Shown here: one piece after another, positions 26,160-38,110 of the stretch | Layout of the letters: each line of letters opens with the position of its first letter | How positions within the stretch are numbered: the first letter of the stretch is position 1 | Source of the DNA: Gekko japonicus | Taxonomy: Eukaryota | Assembly (NCBI RefSeq): GCF_001447785.1 | Contig: NW_015163094.1 | Location: 767,990 to 831,989 of the forward strand | DNA length: 64,000 bases | Direction: 5' to 3' | Program-made: the position numbers and the translations under genes | Notes under the pieces: generated by a model | Told to the model about the DNA's origin: nothing | What the model saw: only the letters and a program-made list of their open reading frames with translations | Databases searched by the model: none

Positions 26160-26400
26160 AGTGCGTCAAGTGACTTCCAACCCACAGGGAACCTATGAAT
26201 TAATGACCTCCAAAACGTCCCATGAACAGCCTTGCAAACCGAGGGCTGTGGCTTCCTTTATAGAGTCAATCCCTCTCATGTTGGGTCTTCTTCTTTTCCT
26301 GCTGCCTTCCATTTTTCCTAGCTATTATCTTTTCCTGTGACTCCTGTCTTCTCATAATGTGACCAAAGTATGAAAGCCTCAGTTTAGTCATTTTAGCTAC
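26160..26400 (-). mobile_element. RTE-clade LINE 3' end
   Basis: GGGTCTTCTTCTTTTCCTGCTGCCTTC (minus: EGSRKRRRP) and TGACCAAAGTATGAAAGCCTCAG (minus: LRLSYFGH). Confidence 0.75.
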
Positions 26401-27602
26401 TAGTTGCTACCCTTACCTTTATCCTTACTTTGCATACATTTGGCCTCTCTGTTTTTTTTTAAAAAATAGACCTATTGTTACCTTTTGTATTTCATGGCTT
26501 TTTGGCCTCACTATTTACAAATATTTTTACTCTGTACCTAACTGTACATATAATAGGTGAAAAAGAAATGTGGGGGGAGGGGGGGCTGAACCTTTCCCTG
26601 TTCACCACCCCTAACCTCAGTCCGTACCCTGAGATCCCATTCCCTTACCTGAGTTCCACTGCACGGTGTTCATCAGCATCAGGTCACATACTGAAGAAGT
26701 CAAAAAAGTGATAATTCCAATATTTTGGCAACAAAAATGAAAAACAGAAGTGGCAAAAAGAGTCCTTGGAGTGCTTCCCTGTGGGCCCAGTTACCTGATT
26801 TTGTAGGTGGCTATAAATGTGTCCTAAAGATTATTTCAAGAGCGTGTTCAATTGGAACGAAGCCTGCAGTTACCTTTCCCAATAACTGTTTCACATCATA
26901 TATTTTTGGGGGTTAGCACTACAATGGTCTGAATGATATACATTTGCATTATTTATGTTGACTGCAACATTCAATTGCAAGGGAGGGAGGGAAAGAAATG
27001 AATTGGTTGGCACCAAGACTAGAATCCCTAAACTGCAACTTGAGATACTTAAATATACCCTTTTTGGTTTCTCTTTTGGGGTCATGTGTTGGAATTAGGA
27101 GCTTCTTGGATTCCCCCATTTTTTTTCCTCCTGGTTCCTTAGTTCGTGTGCTTCTTTCACAGCATTTGAATGCTAGTTGGACAACATTGATATACATCAG
27201 ATGCAAAGACAGGCACCAGTTTTGATGGTAATGTGTCCTTGGAATTTCATTAGTATGGATAAGGGGGGGGAAAGGCAACTCCAGTTTTGTTCCCAGTGAG
27301 GAGAGCCCCTGTCAGAATCTTAAATTTTAGAATTGGAACAGTGTGTGGCTGTGAGATTCAGCACACCATTCCTAATAAGGACAGAGAGCGCAGAAACCCA
27401 AACCCTAGTCATCAGAATGTTGGATTACCTCATCACTGGCCTTGCCCAAGTGTCTGTGTTGTCCAAGCTTCATTCTTTCTCTCAGGTCAGAATGCATCAT
27501 CCCTATTTGGGTTCATGGGATTCCGTTTCAACTCTACCTCTTGTTACTTAACACAGAGTTCAAGACCTTCCAAGGGTGATGTCACAAGATCTTGCGGGAC
27601 CT

Positions 27603-27654
27603 NNNNNNNNNNNNNNNNNNNNNNNNNNNNNNNNNNNNNNNNNNNNNNNNNNNN
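27603..27654. other. Assembly gap (N run)
   Basis: 52 N bases. Confidence 1.
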
Positions 27655-28437
27655 ACAGGGCTTCTCCTGGCTCCCTTGCATCAAGGTCTGCTCTTCTTGT
27701 TGTGTTCTCTTGGCTCTAGTTCTGTACTATCATCATGTCTTCCTTGCAATTATGTCATAGTTTTTTACTGGAATCCAGGACCACCTTAGAGACCAACAAC
27801 AGTTTCAGGGTGTAGACTTTCAAGAGTCAAAGCTCCATTCATCAGACAAAGTAGAATACAGGTGGAGAGTTTTTGGTGCAGGCATCAGGGCTGGCATGGG
27901 TTCCATATGCAGGGTTACCAGGTCCACCCTGGCCACCTGCAGGAAGGGCAGGAGAGCCACATTGGAAACATCATTGTAATACAAGCACCTGCTTTGGTCA
28001 TATATATTCGGGCCTAACTATAAGTTACCTGTGATGCTAATAGCAAAATATGCTTTTCCATTCTAAAATCATGTAATCATTGCATTTTAAAAAAAATCTG
28101 TTTGCAGAAACTTAATCCCTTGGGAACAGTGACTTCTTGTTGGCCTTTTGTGGTGTTTAAAGTGCTCCAAAGTGCCTGAGAGCAGTCATCACGAAGATTA
28201 AGGACACATTTCCTGAGGCAAAATACTTGAGTGTCTTAAAATGTTTTCTTTGAGGCACCATGCTTCTGTCTGGGTGACATAATTTTTGAATCTTCACATG
28301 AATAAAAATAAAATCTTCAAACAGAAAAAACGGGGAAAAAAGCTATAGTTATGAATTCCTATTTGTTTGTTCCTCTTGCCTTTCTGCCTCCTCTCTCTTC
28401 TTCCCTTCCCCTGCCTCCTCTTTCTGTTCCTCTTTAG

Positions 28438-28601
28438 TCTGGAGTCTTATATGAGTTGGAAAGGCTGCTGTCCCTGCCTGAGAGCCAGAATCATTTGCTT
28501 CACCCCTAAGATGCTGCTTCCAGTGTGTCCAATGTACCATGCCAAGGATCATCCTGGGAATGTCCCCTAGCTGCCCAGCTGTTGACCCAAACAGAAGCAC
28601 A
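28438..28601 (+). other. Candidate non-coding or 5'UTR exon
   Basis: About 70-nt pyrimidine tract ending TTTAG and donor CA|GTAAGT. Stops in all three frames, though an ACCATG-initiated frame (MPRIILGMSPSCPAVDPNRST) runs to the donor. Confidence 0.2.
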
Positions 28602-28742
28602 GTAAGTGCAGGGAGGGAGAGGCGGAGGTGGGTGAGGAGGAGAAAATCTAACTATTCTCATTTGTGCAAAGTAAATGAATTACAAAGGTAACAAATATGA
28701 GCAAAGCTTAAGGAGAAAAGAATGCGAGTGCTTTTCTAACCT

Positions 28743-29205
28743 GAAGAAGAAGAAAAGTAGGTTTTCATACTCCGCTTTTCTCTACCCTAAGGAGTCTCTA
28801 CCCTAAGGAGTTTGATTCCCCACTCCTCCACATATAGCTGCTGGTGTGACCTTGTGTCAGTCATAAGTTCTTTCAGAGCTGTCCTCTCAGTTCTTAGGAG
28901 CACTCTCTCAGCCCCGCCTACCTCACAGGGTGTCTGTTGTGGGGAGGGGAAGGGAAAGGGATTGTAAGCTGCTCTGAGACTTCTTCAGGTAGTGAAGAGT
29001 GGGGTATAAGTCCTCTTCTCCTTCTTCTCAACACAGCTTACAATTGCATTCTCTTCCCCTCCCCACAACAGGCTCCTTGTGAGGTAGGTGGGGCTGAGAG
29101 AGAGAACTGTCACTGGCTCAGAGTCACTCAGCAGACTTCAGGTAGAGGAGTGGGGAATTAATCCCCATTCCCCAGAGTCCACTGCTCATAACCACTACAC
29201 TGTGC
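28743..29205. mobile_element. Cluster of three Squam3-type SINE pieces in alternating orientation
   Basis: Minus tail 28743-28797, plus body 28811-29030, minus body 29030-29205. CTACCCTAAGGAGT is duplicated at the first junction. Confidence 0.8.
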
Positions 29206-30484
29206 TGGCTCTTGGTCTCCATAACCTGAGGGAGAGAGGAGGAGGGAGGGAGGAAGGGAGGGAGGGAGGAATAATTTCCAGCATTGCTAAAAAGCATGAG
29301 CATCAATATGGGAAAGTTTCAAAGGCACTGCTGTGACACAGAAATCACTAACCAGTGCTGTGGCTAGCTTAAGCATTGTTTGCTGTATGTGTATCCCTGC
29401 ACACATATAGGAGATTCATTCCAGAAAACATACTTAAGTGACCTAATGAAGCTAAATCACAGACCCATCTTGTTTGCCCTTCTCCTGCACTGATCTATGA
29501 ATCTGTGGAACGTCAACACACAGATGTTGCTGGATTCTTGTTGGGCTCTGCTTATCTTACTTCCCCATGTGACTTCACTCACTCACACACACACATGCGC
29601 GCACGCGTGTACACACACACATGCACATGTAAATTTCAGAGGAGCATTAGACATCTGTCCAGATAATCACATCCAGAAGAGGTGTAATTGTAGGGATAAA
29701 AAGAGGTTAAGTAAATCTAAACAATTCAGGCCACAAAAAGCCTGCAACAATATAGTTTTTCCAATTCAGACCTAGAAACTGTTACTCAACCCCTCATAAG
29801 TTCAAGACTAGTTTACTAGAATGTGTTTGATGAGTTGTGGGAGCAGGGCTGCCATCTTGCTGGTGATCGAACACTGGGAATGTACCCGCCAGCATATCAG
29901 TAATTCTACTGTTTCCCTGGTATCTTCTGAGAACTGCTCAAGTTGCTGGGGTTTGAACCTATGTAAAGCAAAAGCGGCTTAGGCCTCTCCTGATTTTCAG
30001 ACTATCATTGCCCCCAGTGGTTCTTCACCTTTAATCCATTATCCGTTCTCCCACTATCCTTTAATCCATTAACTTGTCTCTTTATTTACTTATTTATGAA
30101 CATCTTTATATGATGACTTTCTCGGTGATCTGCTCGTACGGACAAAATCAAAAAGCAAGCTCAACCTCGCTATACACTTTTTAATCAAAAGATGTATAGC
30201 TATATAATCTTTCCTCTATGAAATTAACTACAAAAATACCTGCTTTTTTAAAAAAAGGCCTTACCTTTTTATGGCAGGTGGACGTCATAGGATCCTTGGT
30301 ACCTCCTGGGAGAGACCATTCTAGAATGTTGGAACCACCACCACCACAAAACAGTGGGCCTGGATTGTGAGTGAACAGACAGTGTAAAAAGAGAGCTCAA
30401 CTAGTAGTCTTGGGAGGATCTGAGGTGGCAAATGAATTACAAAAGAGTACGTAAAACAGCACTGGGGACAAGTTAACTGTCATG

Positions 30485-30852
30485 TATTTATTTATTTATT
30501 ACTTCGATTTTTATCCCGCCCTCCCTGCCAAGGCAGAGTCAGGGTGGCTTACATTAAAAGGTTAAAAATATATTAAAGCACAAGTACTTATACAGTACAA
30601 CCTCATAAAATACAAACATACCAGATCCTAGTGCGAAATTGAGTAAAGTGCTGGTGACGGTAGCATCCCAAGTGACCACGATAAGGTTCCAGAGAATGGC
30701 CTCCGTCAGTTTCCAGCATAGCCAGCTATTGGTGCTAGCATAAGGACCTTAACAGTTCAGTTAGTATTGTTAGTATTGTTGGTGTTGTTAGTGGTAGCTC
30801 CTAATTGAAGGCCTGGTGGAAGAGCTCCATTTTTCAGGCCCTGTGGAACTGT
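30485..30852 (-). mobile_element. L2 LINE 3' end
   Basis: TTTTATCCCGCCCTCCC...CAGGGTGGCTTAC tail and GAAGGCCTGGTGGAAGAGCTCC...CAGGCCCTG; same family as 47160 and 59681. Confidence 0.75.
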
Positions 30853-31419
30853 AAATTATACAATACAGAACTGTCAGGCTTACGTTCAAGAGACTCTCAC
30901 ACCTGATGGTCATCAGCCAACTCCTCAGTGTTAGATTAGATTCCTGTGTGCCACTTCTTAAGAGTGTGTGTGTGTGGGGGGTTCCTAGGATTTTACCTCA
31001 GAGTGTGTGAATAGTACAAAACAACCCTTCTTCACTGTCTGTCACAAGTCATTACAAATGGGGAGAGGGGTGTTACCAAGAACCCCCTGTCTAGACATGT
31101 GCTGTCTGCCCTAAATCCATCTTTGCTCAAGCTGCGTCTTGGCAGCCATTTTATGAGATTGCAATGCCTCACTTTGGAGAAGGTGAGGTCATGTCTCTCC
31201 TTAATCAGGCTATGCAGTTCTCTCCACTAGGATAATGAGTGGTCTGCACCTTGGGCAGGCAGCAGACTGGCCCACTGATGGGGCATCTGTATGCCTGCCC
31301 ATCACCACAAGGGCTCGCAAAGCTGGGCACCCACCTTGGTCTATCAATATGATTTCATCAGCAATGCAAATACTCCAAACGGCAAAATCTGATTACTTTC
31401 AAGCTACCAGGTATGCTTG

Positions 31420-31650
31420 ATAACTGTTATTGACCATGCCCGAATGTCTCTTACCAGCCAGCCTCAGGCATGGTTAAAGCCTCCACCCTACTGGGCCCTT
31501 TTGCCCTCCCAGGATATTTCCCAGATTGAGTGCAATGCAATCACCTTTTGTTGCCCACCTGGGAAGGCCGCCTTCTTAATCCAGTCAGAGCCACTGTCGG
31601 TTCACCCAGAATTTCTTTATTTTCCCAATCATTTCTTTGATTTCTTCTAA
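31420..31650 (-). pseudogene. Possible decayed SGNH/GDSL-hydrolase ORF of a DIRS/Ngaro-type retrotransposon
   Basis: Frameshifted translation KKFWV(x)DSGSDWIKKAA...IALHSIWEISWEGKR matches the spacing of the remembered Ngaro SGNH N-terminal motif VWIxGxSxVxWAxxxA...LGL...IxWxGxRG. Confidence 0.3.
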
Positions 31651-31723
31651 ATGGAGAAGAGGAGAATGATGTAAGCTACTTTGAGTTCACACTGGGGAGA
31701 AAGGCTGGGTATAAATGAAATAA

Positions 31724-32950
31724 ATAAGAACATAAGAGAAGCCATGTTGGATCAGGCCAATGGCCCATCCAGTTCAACACTCGTTGCATCTATGTTCGTT
31801 GCATCTATTCATTGCGTTCGTTCGTGAAGAAGTACTTCCTTTTATCAGTTGTCTTTTTATCTTCTCATTAATTCCATTGAGTGCCCACAAGTTCTCTTTA
31901 TTGTGAGAAAGGGAGAAAAGTACTTCTTTCTCTACTTTCCCTATCCCATGCATAATTTTGTAAACCTCTATCACATCACTCAGTCATTGTTTCTCCGAGC
32001 TAAAGAGCTCTGACCTATTTAAGCTTTCTTCATAGAGAAGGTGTTCCATCCCCTTGATCCTTTTAGTTGCCCTTTTCTGCACGTTTCCCAACGCTATATC
32101 TTTTTTGAGGAGCAGTGACCAGAGCTGTACACAACATTTCAAATGAGGCTGCACCATAGATTTATACACCGGCATATTGATACTGGCTGATTTGTTTTCA
32201 ATCCCCTTCCTAATAATCCCCAGCATAGCATTTGCTTTTTTTAAAATTGCAGTTGCACACTGAGTCAACATTTGCAGTGAGTTATCTACAATAACTCCAA
32301 GATCTCCCTCTTGGTCAGTTACTGCCAGTTTGGACCCCATTGACATATATTTATAGTTAGGATTTTTTGCTCCAATGTGCATTCCTTTGCACTTGCTCAC
32401 ATTGAACCTCATTTGCCACATTGATGCCCACCTGCCCAGCCTTGGCGGATCCCTCTGGAGCGCCTCACATTTCTCATTGCCCTGAAAAACCTAGTGTCAT
32501 CAGCAAACTTAGCCACTTCACTGCTTATTCCCAACTCCAAATCATTAATGAACAAATTAAAAAGCACTGGACCTAGTATGGAGCCCCACTGCTTACCACC
32601 TTCCACAGTGAAAACTGCCCATTTATACTCACTCTCAATTTCCTGTTAAATAACCAGTTTTTAATCGACAAGTGGATTTCTCTTCTTATCCCATGACCGC
32701 TGAGTTTACTTAGGAGCCTTTGATGAGGAACTTTATCAAAAGCTTTCTGGAAGTCTAGGTAAACAACATCTACTGGGTCACCTTTGTCCACATGTTTGTT
32801 CACCCCATCAAAGAACTCTAAAAGGTTAGTGAAACAAGATCTTCTCTTACAGAATCCATGCTGATTCTTCCTCAATAGCTTTTGTTCATCAATGTACCTA
32901 CTAATTCTATCTTTAATAATGGATTCCACCAACTTACCTGGTATTGATTC
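31724..32950 (-). mobile_element. CR1 LINE, RT region to 3' end
   Basis: ORFs contain NQHGF, YLDFQKAFDKVPH, GSILGPVLFNLFINDL, KFADDT and WQMRFNVSKCK; AGAACATA tail at 31724. Confidence 0.96.
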
Positions 32951-34382
32951 CTAAAATACATTTTACACTGTCCAGGGATCTCACTAGGAATTTATTTTCT
33001 TTTATGTGAAAAAAGTTTATTCCACCTGGGTTAACTCCCACTGAACACTAATATCCTATACTTAACAAGCCCCTTGAAATCAGCCTTCTACTTTAGAGGG
33101 AATAAGCTAGGAAGTGTATGTTGATGCCAAGGGGACCAGATTCCTGACTTAAAATGGCTGAATATTTTGGGTGGAATGTTGAAGAGACATGTGGCCAAAC
33201 GGAAAGCTCCTAATTGGTTAAGAAATTCCCCAATCCTTATATTTGACAAACTGGCTTTTAGTTTTGGGTCAGCATTTAATGGTTCAAATTAAAGAAGTAA
33301 ACATTAGTTTTAATTTTGATGTTTTGGTTTAAGGTATTTTCTTTCTGGGTTTTACTACATTTTAGTGTAGAAGTCTCAAGCCTTCGGGACAGGATAGGCT
33401 ATAAATTCCAATAAAAATAAATTGGATTAGATAAAACAAGTAAATTAAACCTTTAGGCCTCAATGAGTATCTAGAACTAGGAAGACATTTTCCATGTAAG
33501 AAGCAATCAAATCTGACACAATTTACTAGATAAGATGGTTTTGTTTTTAGCTGTTGTCTGAATATACTAAACTATATTTTGCACCATATTTTCTTCCAAA
33601 CACACCTTTGAAACATTTCCCATTGCAATATATATATATATAAAAATAATTGCGCAGGGGTATATTGTTATTGGAAGGAATCTGGAGGGCTTGTCGTTTC
33701 TGGAGGAGAACCTCCTACTGTTCTGACCCTGAAAGTATTAATCTTTTGCAGCGCAATCCTAAACAGAGCGACACCCATTTTGAGCCCATCAACTTTCACA
33801 GACTTAGAAAGGGGTAATTCTGCTTAGGATTTCGGGGCTGGTGTGCTGAATTTGCAAAATAAGACATGCCTTCCATGTCTCCAAAGGAATGTAAATGAGT
33901 AAATGCTTTTCCACCAAAGACATTTTGATTTGAAAGAAGCAAGGTTGCTTCGGGCATATTCTCCATCACTGCTCAGGGAAAAAAGAAATCTGACAATAGG
34001 GATCAGGGCGAAGAGCCTTGGGGACTGAAGGAAACTGAGAGCACTGGGCCAGACAGGATCACTGAACTCAATTAGATATATTTCATGAGGATACTATGGC
34101 AAATCGCCTGATACTCTTCTATCCTGGGTAACGTATGCAGTTTTCCAGCACTGTAGGAGATACAGATGGGGCCTATAAAAACATATTCAACATTAAAGCA
34201 CTATCGGCAACTTATTTATGTAATCATAAATCTGCCTTTTTATACCACCTTATTTTGTACGTCTCCTGGCAGTTTCATTTATGTCGTTTTCACGTTACTG
34301 CGCTGTTCTTTAAGGAATGTTCCACGTTAAAGCATTTTGTGTCTGAAAAAACAAAAAAAAGGTTCCTTATTAGTAAAACGAA

Positions 34383-35030
34383 TATGAGAACACAAAACAG
34401 CCCTGTTGAACCAGGCCAGTGATCCATTTAGTCCAGCATCCTGTTTCATACAGTGGCTGTAGACAGCTAACAAACAGGGCATAGAGGCCAAGGCTTCCCC
34501 CAATGCTGCTTCTAAGCACTGACATTCAGAAGCTTTGCTGGCTTTGGATGTGAAGGTTCACTTTAGTCACCATTGCTAGTAGCCACTGATGGATTCACTC
34601 CATGAATCTGTCTAATCCCCTTTTAAAGCCATTCATGGTTGTGTCCATCACTACCACCACTGGCAGTGAATGTCACAGTTTAGTTTCTTGTTGACTAAAG
34701 TGATATTTTCTTTTCTCTGTGATCTATTGCCGTCAAATTAATTGCCCTTCTATTCTAGTGTTACAGGAGGAGGAGGAAAGCTCTGTCTACTTTCTCCAGT
34801 ATACGCATAATTTTATAAACCACTATAATATGCCCCCCCCCCCAGTTTTCTTATTTTTCTAACCTGAAAAGTCCAACATTCTTTAGCCTTTTTTCCTAGG
34901 AAAGATGTTCCAACCACTCCATTATCTTGGCTGCCCTCTTCTGCATCGTTTCTATGTTTGCAATATCTTTTTTGAGATACAGCAACCATGTTTCAAATAA
35001 GGCTGCACCATATTTCAATACACAGACTGA
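34383..35030 (-). mobile_element. CR1 LINE 3' fragment, older
   Basis: GTCCAGCATCCTGTTTCATACAGTGGC, AATCCCCTTTTAAAGCC and GCATAATTTTATAAACC are colinear with the other CR1 copies. Confidence 0.85.
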
Positions 35031-35049
35031 GGTTTGGGAAATTTACACC

Positions 35050-35325
35050 TGAAGAGAAGACGAAGAGAAGAAGAGATTGGATTTATACCCCGCCCTCCAC
35101 TTGGAGTCTCAGAGCGGTTTACAGACTCCTTTCCCTTCCCCACAACAGACAGTCTGTGAAGTAGGCGGGGCTGAGAGAGCTCTTTCAAGAACTGTCCTTG
35201 AGAGAACAGCTCTGACAGAACTATGGCTTGCCCAAGATCATCCAGCAGGTGCAAGTGGAGGACTGGGGAATCAAACCCGGTTCTCCCAGATTAGAGTCTG
35301 TGCACTTAACCACTAAATCAAACTG
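35050..35325 (-). mobile_element. Squam3 SINE (variant with an internal TTCAAGAAC/GAGAGAACAGCTCT insert)
   Basis: Full head to GAA-type tail; same variant at 36098-36362 and 62432-62747. Confidence 0.9.
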
Positions 35326-35334
35326 TCTCTACAC

Positions 35335-35686
35335 TTGCTTGAAGTTATTCAAAATAAATTTGCCTGCATGTTATTAGCAGTCCCAAATTTAACATCATCA
35401 CCTATTGTTAGATCTGAGTTGTCCTTGCCTTTAATATCAACTCTAGTCCTCAAAGTTGTTAATAATTTTTGGTTGAAAATTCTTTTCTGCTCACTTCTGA
35501 GGGGTTTTTTAACCCTGGTTTATGACGAGATGACATATAACTCATGGAGAAGTCATGTAGTAAATGCAGTAGTCAAACTCCGTTTCTCGGAAGACTTTCT
35601 AAGAAGGCTAGGGTGGTGTTTTTTTGCAGTTTTGCAGTTAATAAAACAAAGGCTGTTAGATATAAGTGCTCAAATTGATGCTGTAG
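35335..35686 (+). mobile_element. Non-LTR retrotransposon post-RT fragment (RTE-X-like; clade uncertain)
   Basis: LEVIQNKF...LAVP...VRSEL...FWLKI...W...IKQRLLDI pattern of the region downstream of RT. Confidence 0.6.
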
Positions 35687-36230
35687 AAGAAGAGGAAGGA
35701 TTTATACCCTGCCCTTCACTCGGAGTCTCAGAGTGGCTTACAAACTCCTTTCCCTTCCCCTCCCCACAAGACACCCTGTGAGGTAGGTGGGGCAGAGAGA
35801 GCTCTTTCAAGAACAGTTCAACATCATCAGCTATTGTTAGATCTGAGTTGTCCTTGCTTTTAATATCAACTCTAGCCCTCAAAGTTGTTAATAACTTTTC
35901 TGCTCACATCTGAGGGGTTCTTTTAACCCTGGCTTATGACGAGATGACATATAACTCATGGAGAAGTCATGTAGTAAATGCAGTAGTCAAACTCCGTTTC
36001 TCGGAAGACTTTCTAAGAAGGCTAGGGTGGTGTTTTTTTGCAGTTTTGCAGTTAATAAAACAAAGGCTGTTAGATATAAGTGCTCAAATTGATGCTGTAG
36101 AAGAAGAGGAAGGATTTATACCCTGCCCTTCACTCAGAGTCTCAGAGTGGCTTACAAACTCCTTTCCCTTCCCCTCCCCACAAGACACCCTGTGAGGTAG
36201 GTGGGGCAGAGAGAGCTCTCTTTCAAGAAC
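35391..36230. repeat. Tandem duplication, about 415-430 bp (LINE fragment plus Squam3 tail)
   Basis: 35391-35814 is repeated at 35820-36230; a 15-bp deletion and a few substitutions in the left part, near-identical in the right part. Confidence 0.93.
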
Positions 36231-37109
36231 TACTCTTTCAAGAACAGCTCTGACAGAACTATGGTTTGCCCAAGGTAATCCAGGAGCTGCAGGTGGAGGA
36301 GTGGGGAATTAAACCCAGTTCTCCCAGATTAGAGTCCGCTCACTTAACCACAGCACCAAACATTAGGCATCTCAAAAGTAGCCTTCCTTTATAGACAGCT
36401 TTCTCCCCCTCCATTAAATCTTCCAGTTTATTTTACTGATTTACTAAATTTTGAGCATAGGAAGGCCATTACTAAGGCATGATTGAATATCTTATCACTA
36501 GCAATGTGAAGAGGTCATTACAACAATATCCCATAAAATGAGTGAGTCTGCTCTTGTGACCAGAGATCTGTCAAGGACCTGGTGTTAGAGAATGAGATTG
36601 ATATTTGCTTTATGAACTACTTATTGCAGGACCATTCACCTGGCCCTTCCTAGCTAGCAATCCCCACAACAACCCCTATCTGCTTTTACTCCTCTTGAGT
36701 CCCACTTGCTATCCCCAACCCTTGCCTCTACTTTAATCTCTTGATCTGCAGTCAAGAGACCCACACACAGTCCAGCTAATTCTGGTAGTTGGATCCCTTT
36801 ATTTTCTATTTCTTCCCATCCATTCTTCATTGGAACAACCAAGCTGAAAGACAGATAAGTATTGCTCACCATCACCCTACCTGCTAATGCAGCCGTGCTT
36901 ATTTTAATACTGTAATTCTAGGGAACTTGTTTGAATGTGTGAGTGCATCAGTATTGTTTGTATGAGATATATTCTTTAAGTAAAAGACATCTATTTTAAC
37001 CACAATCACCTCAAATCTTTTACTGGTAACCCTTGGTGGGAACAGGACCTTGGTATAAATTGGCAAGGACCCATTTATAAATTGCCAATTGCTGCAAATA
37101 AAGAAATTC

Positions 37110-37566
37110 AGCTTACACTGCCCCACATGTTTTTTTGGTGCCCAAGATTTGCAGTGGATGGGGAATGATACCACGGGAAATTTTTGACAAGATATTCAGG
37201 ACAATCGGATTGGTCAAACTTGTAACTCGTAGATCGAAATAAATGAGTCACAGCATAAATGGCAAAAAATATTGCCTTAGTTATAAAGATCCAGTCACAA
37301 TCCCCTGACACCTTTGTGGTTGACAAAATAGTTATCTTGCTCACATTGGGTCTTCCTGTGCTATTATAGTTAAAGTAGTTCATTTTTAAACCTCGCCCTT
37401 TGTTACTGAGATTCATGTTTGTTAATTATATATTATGTTTTTAGATTTTTAATGGAGATTTAATGGGTTTTAATATGTATTACAATTGTTTTAAGCTAAG
37501 CTGTTCTGTTTTTCTTAACATTTTATGTTATGGCTGTGAGCTAATGAAATAAACTTGACTTGACTT
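37110..37566 (+). mobile_element. Non-LTR retrotransposon 3' end (zinc-knuckle remnant, RTE-X-like)
   Basis: Decayed HMFFWCPRF...RYSGQSD...VT.MAK frame, AT-rich UTR, AATAAA followed by a CTTGA-repeat tail. Confidence 0.55.
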
Positions 37567-37813
37567 TACCATATACACAAACAGTATAATATTGATTTAT
37601 TTTCAGTGCCTTTCCCAATAAACCCCAGAATGGTGTTGGATTTTGCCTGGATTGACTTTAGGCTCACTGGCCTTCATAGAATGAGCAACATGAAAAAAGA
37701 GGGAAAGAAGAAATGTAGTTAAATATGTATTCTGATGCAATGGGGGGGGGGAAATCCGTTCAGCTGTCACTTTTTCTTGACTTTCTTAGAGATGTGGTCT
37801 TGTTTCCCTGAAT

Positions 37814-37856
<43 letters not shown>

Positions 37857-38110
37857 CTTGTATATGGCCATAGGCCTTTACAATCCATCTGCAATAAAAT
37901 CAGAAATGTACAAACAATGTAAAATGTACAGATTTAAATACATCCCTAAAATCTAACAGTTTCAATTGGTCAGTTATTTATGCGTTTTCTTACCAGATTT
38001 GCTCTGATCTTCTGCTGCCAGAGCAAAGAGGGCCATCCTATTAGATAAAAAGGGTCAGGGTCTGATCGCATATAAGCTAATTCATTGGAGTCAGACTTCC
38101 TGAGTAAAGT
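37814..38110 (-). mobile_element. Non-LTR retrotransposon 3' end with a (CTA)n tail
   Basis: About 14 TAG repeats at 37814-37857, then GGCCATAGGCC and a decayed SDPDPF...MALFALAA terminal frame. Confidence 0.5.
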
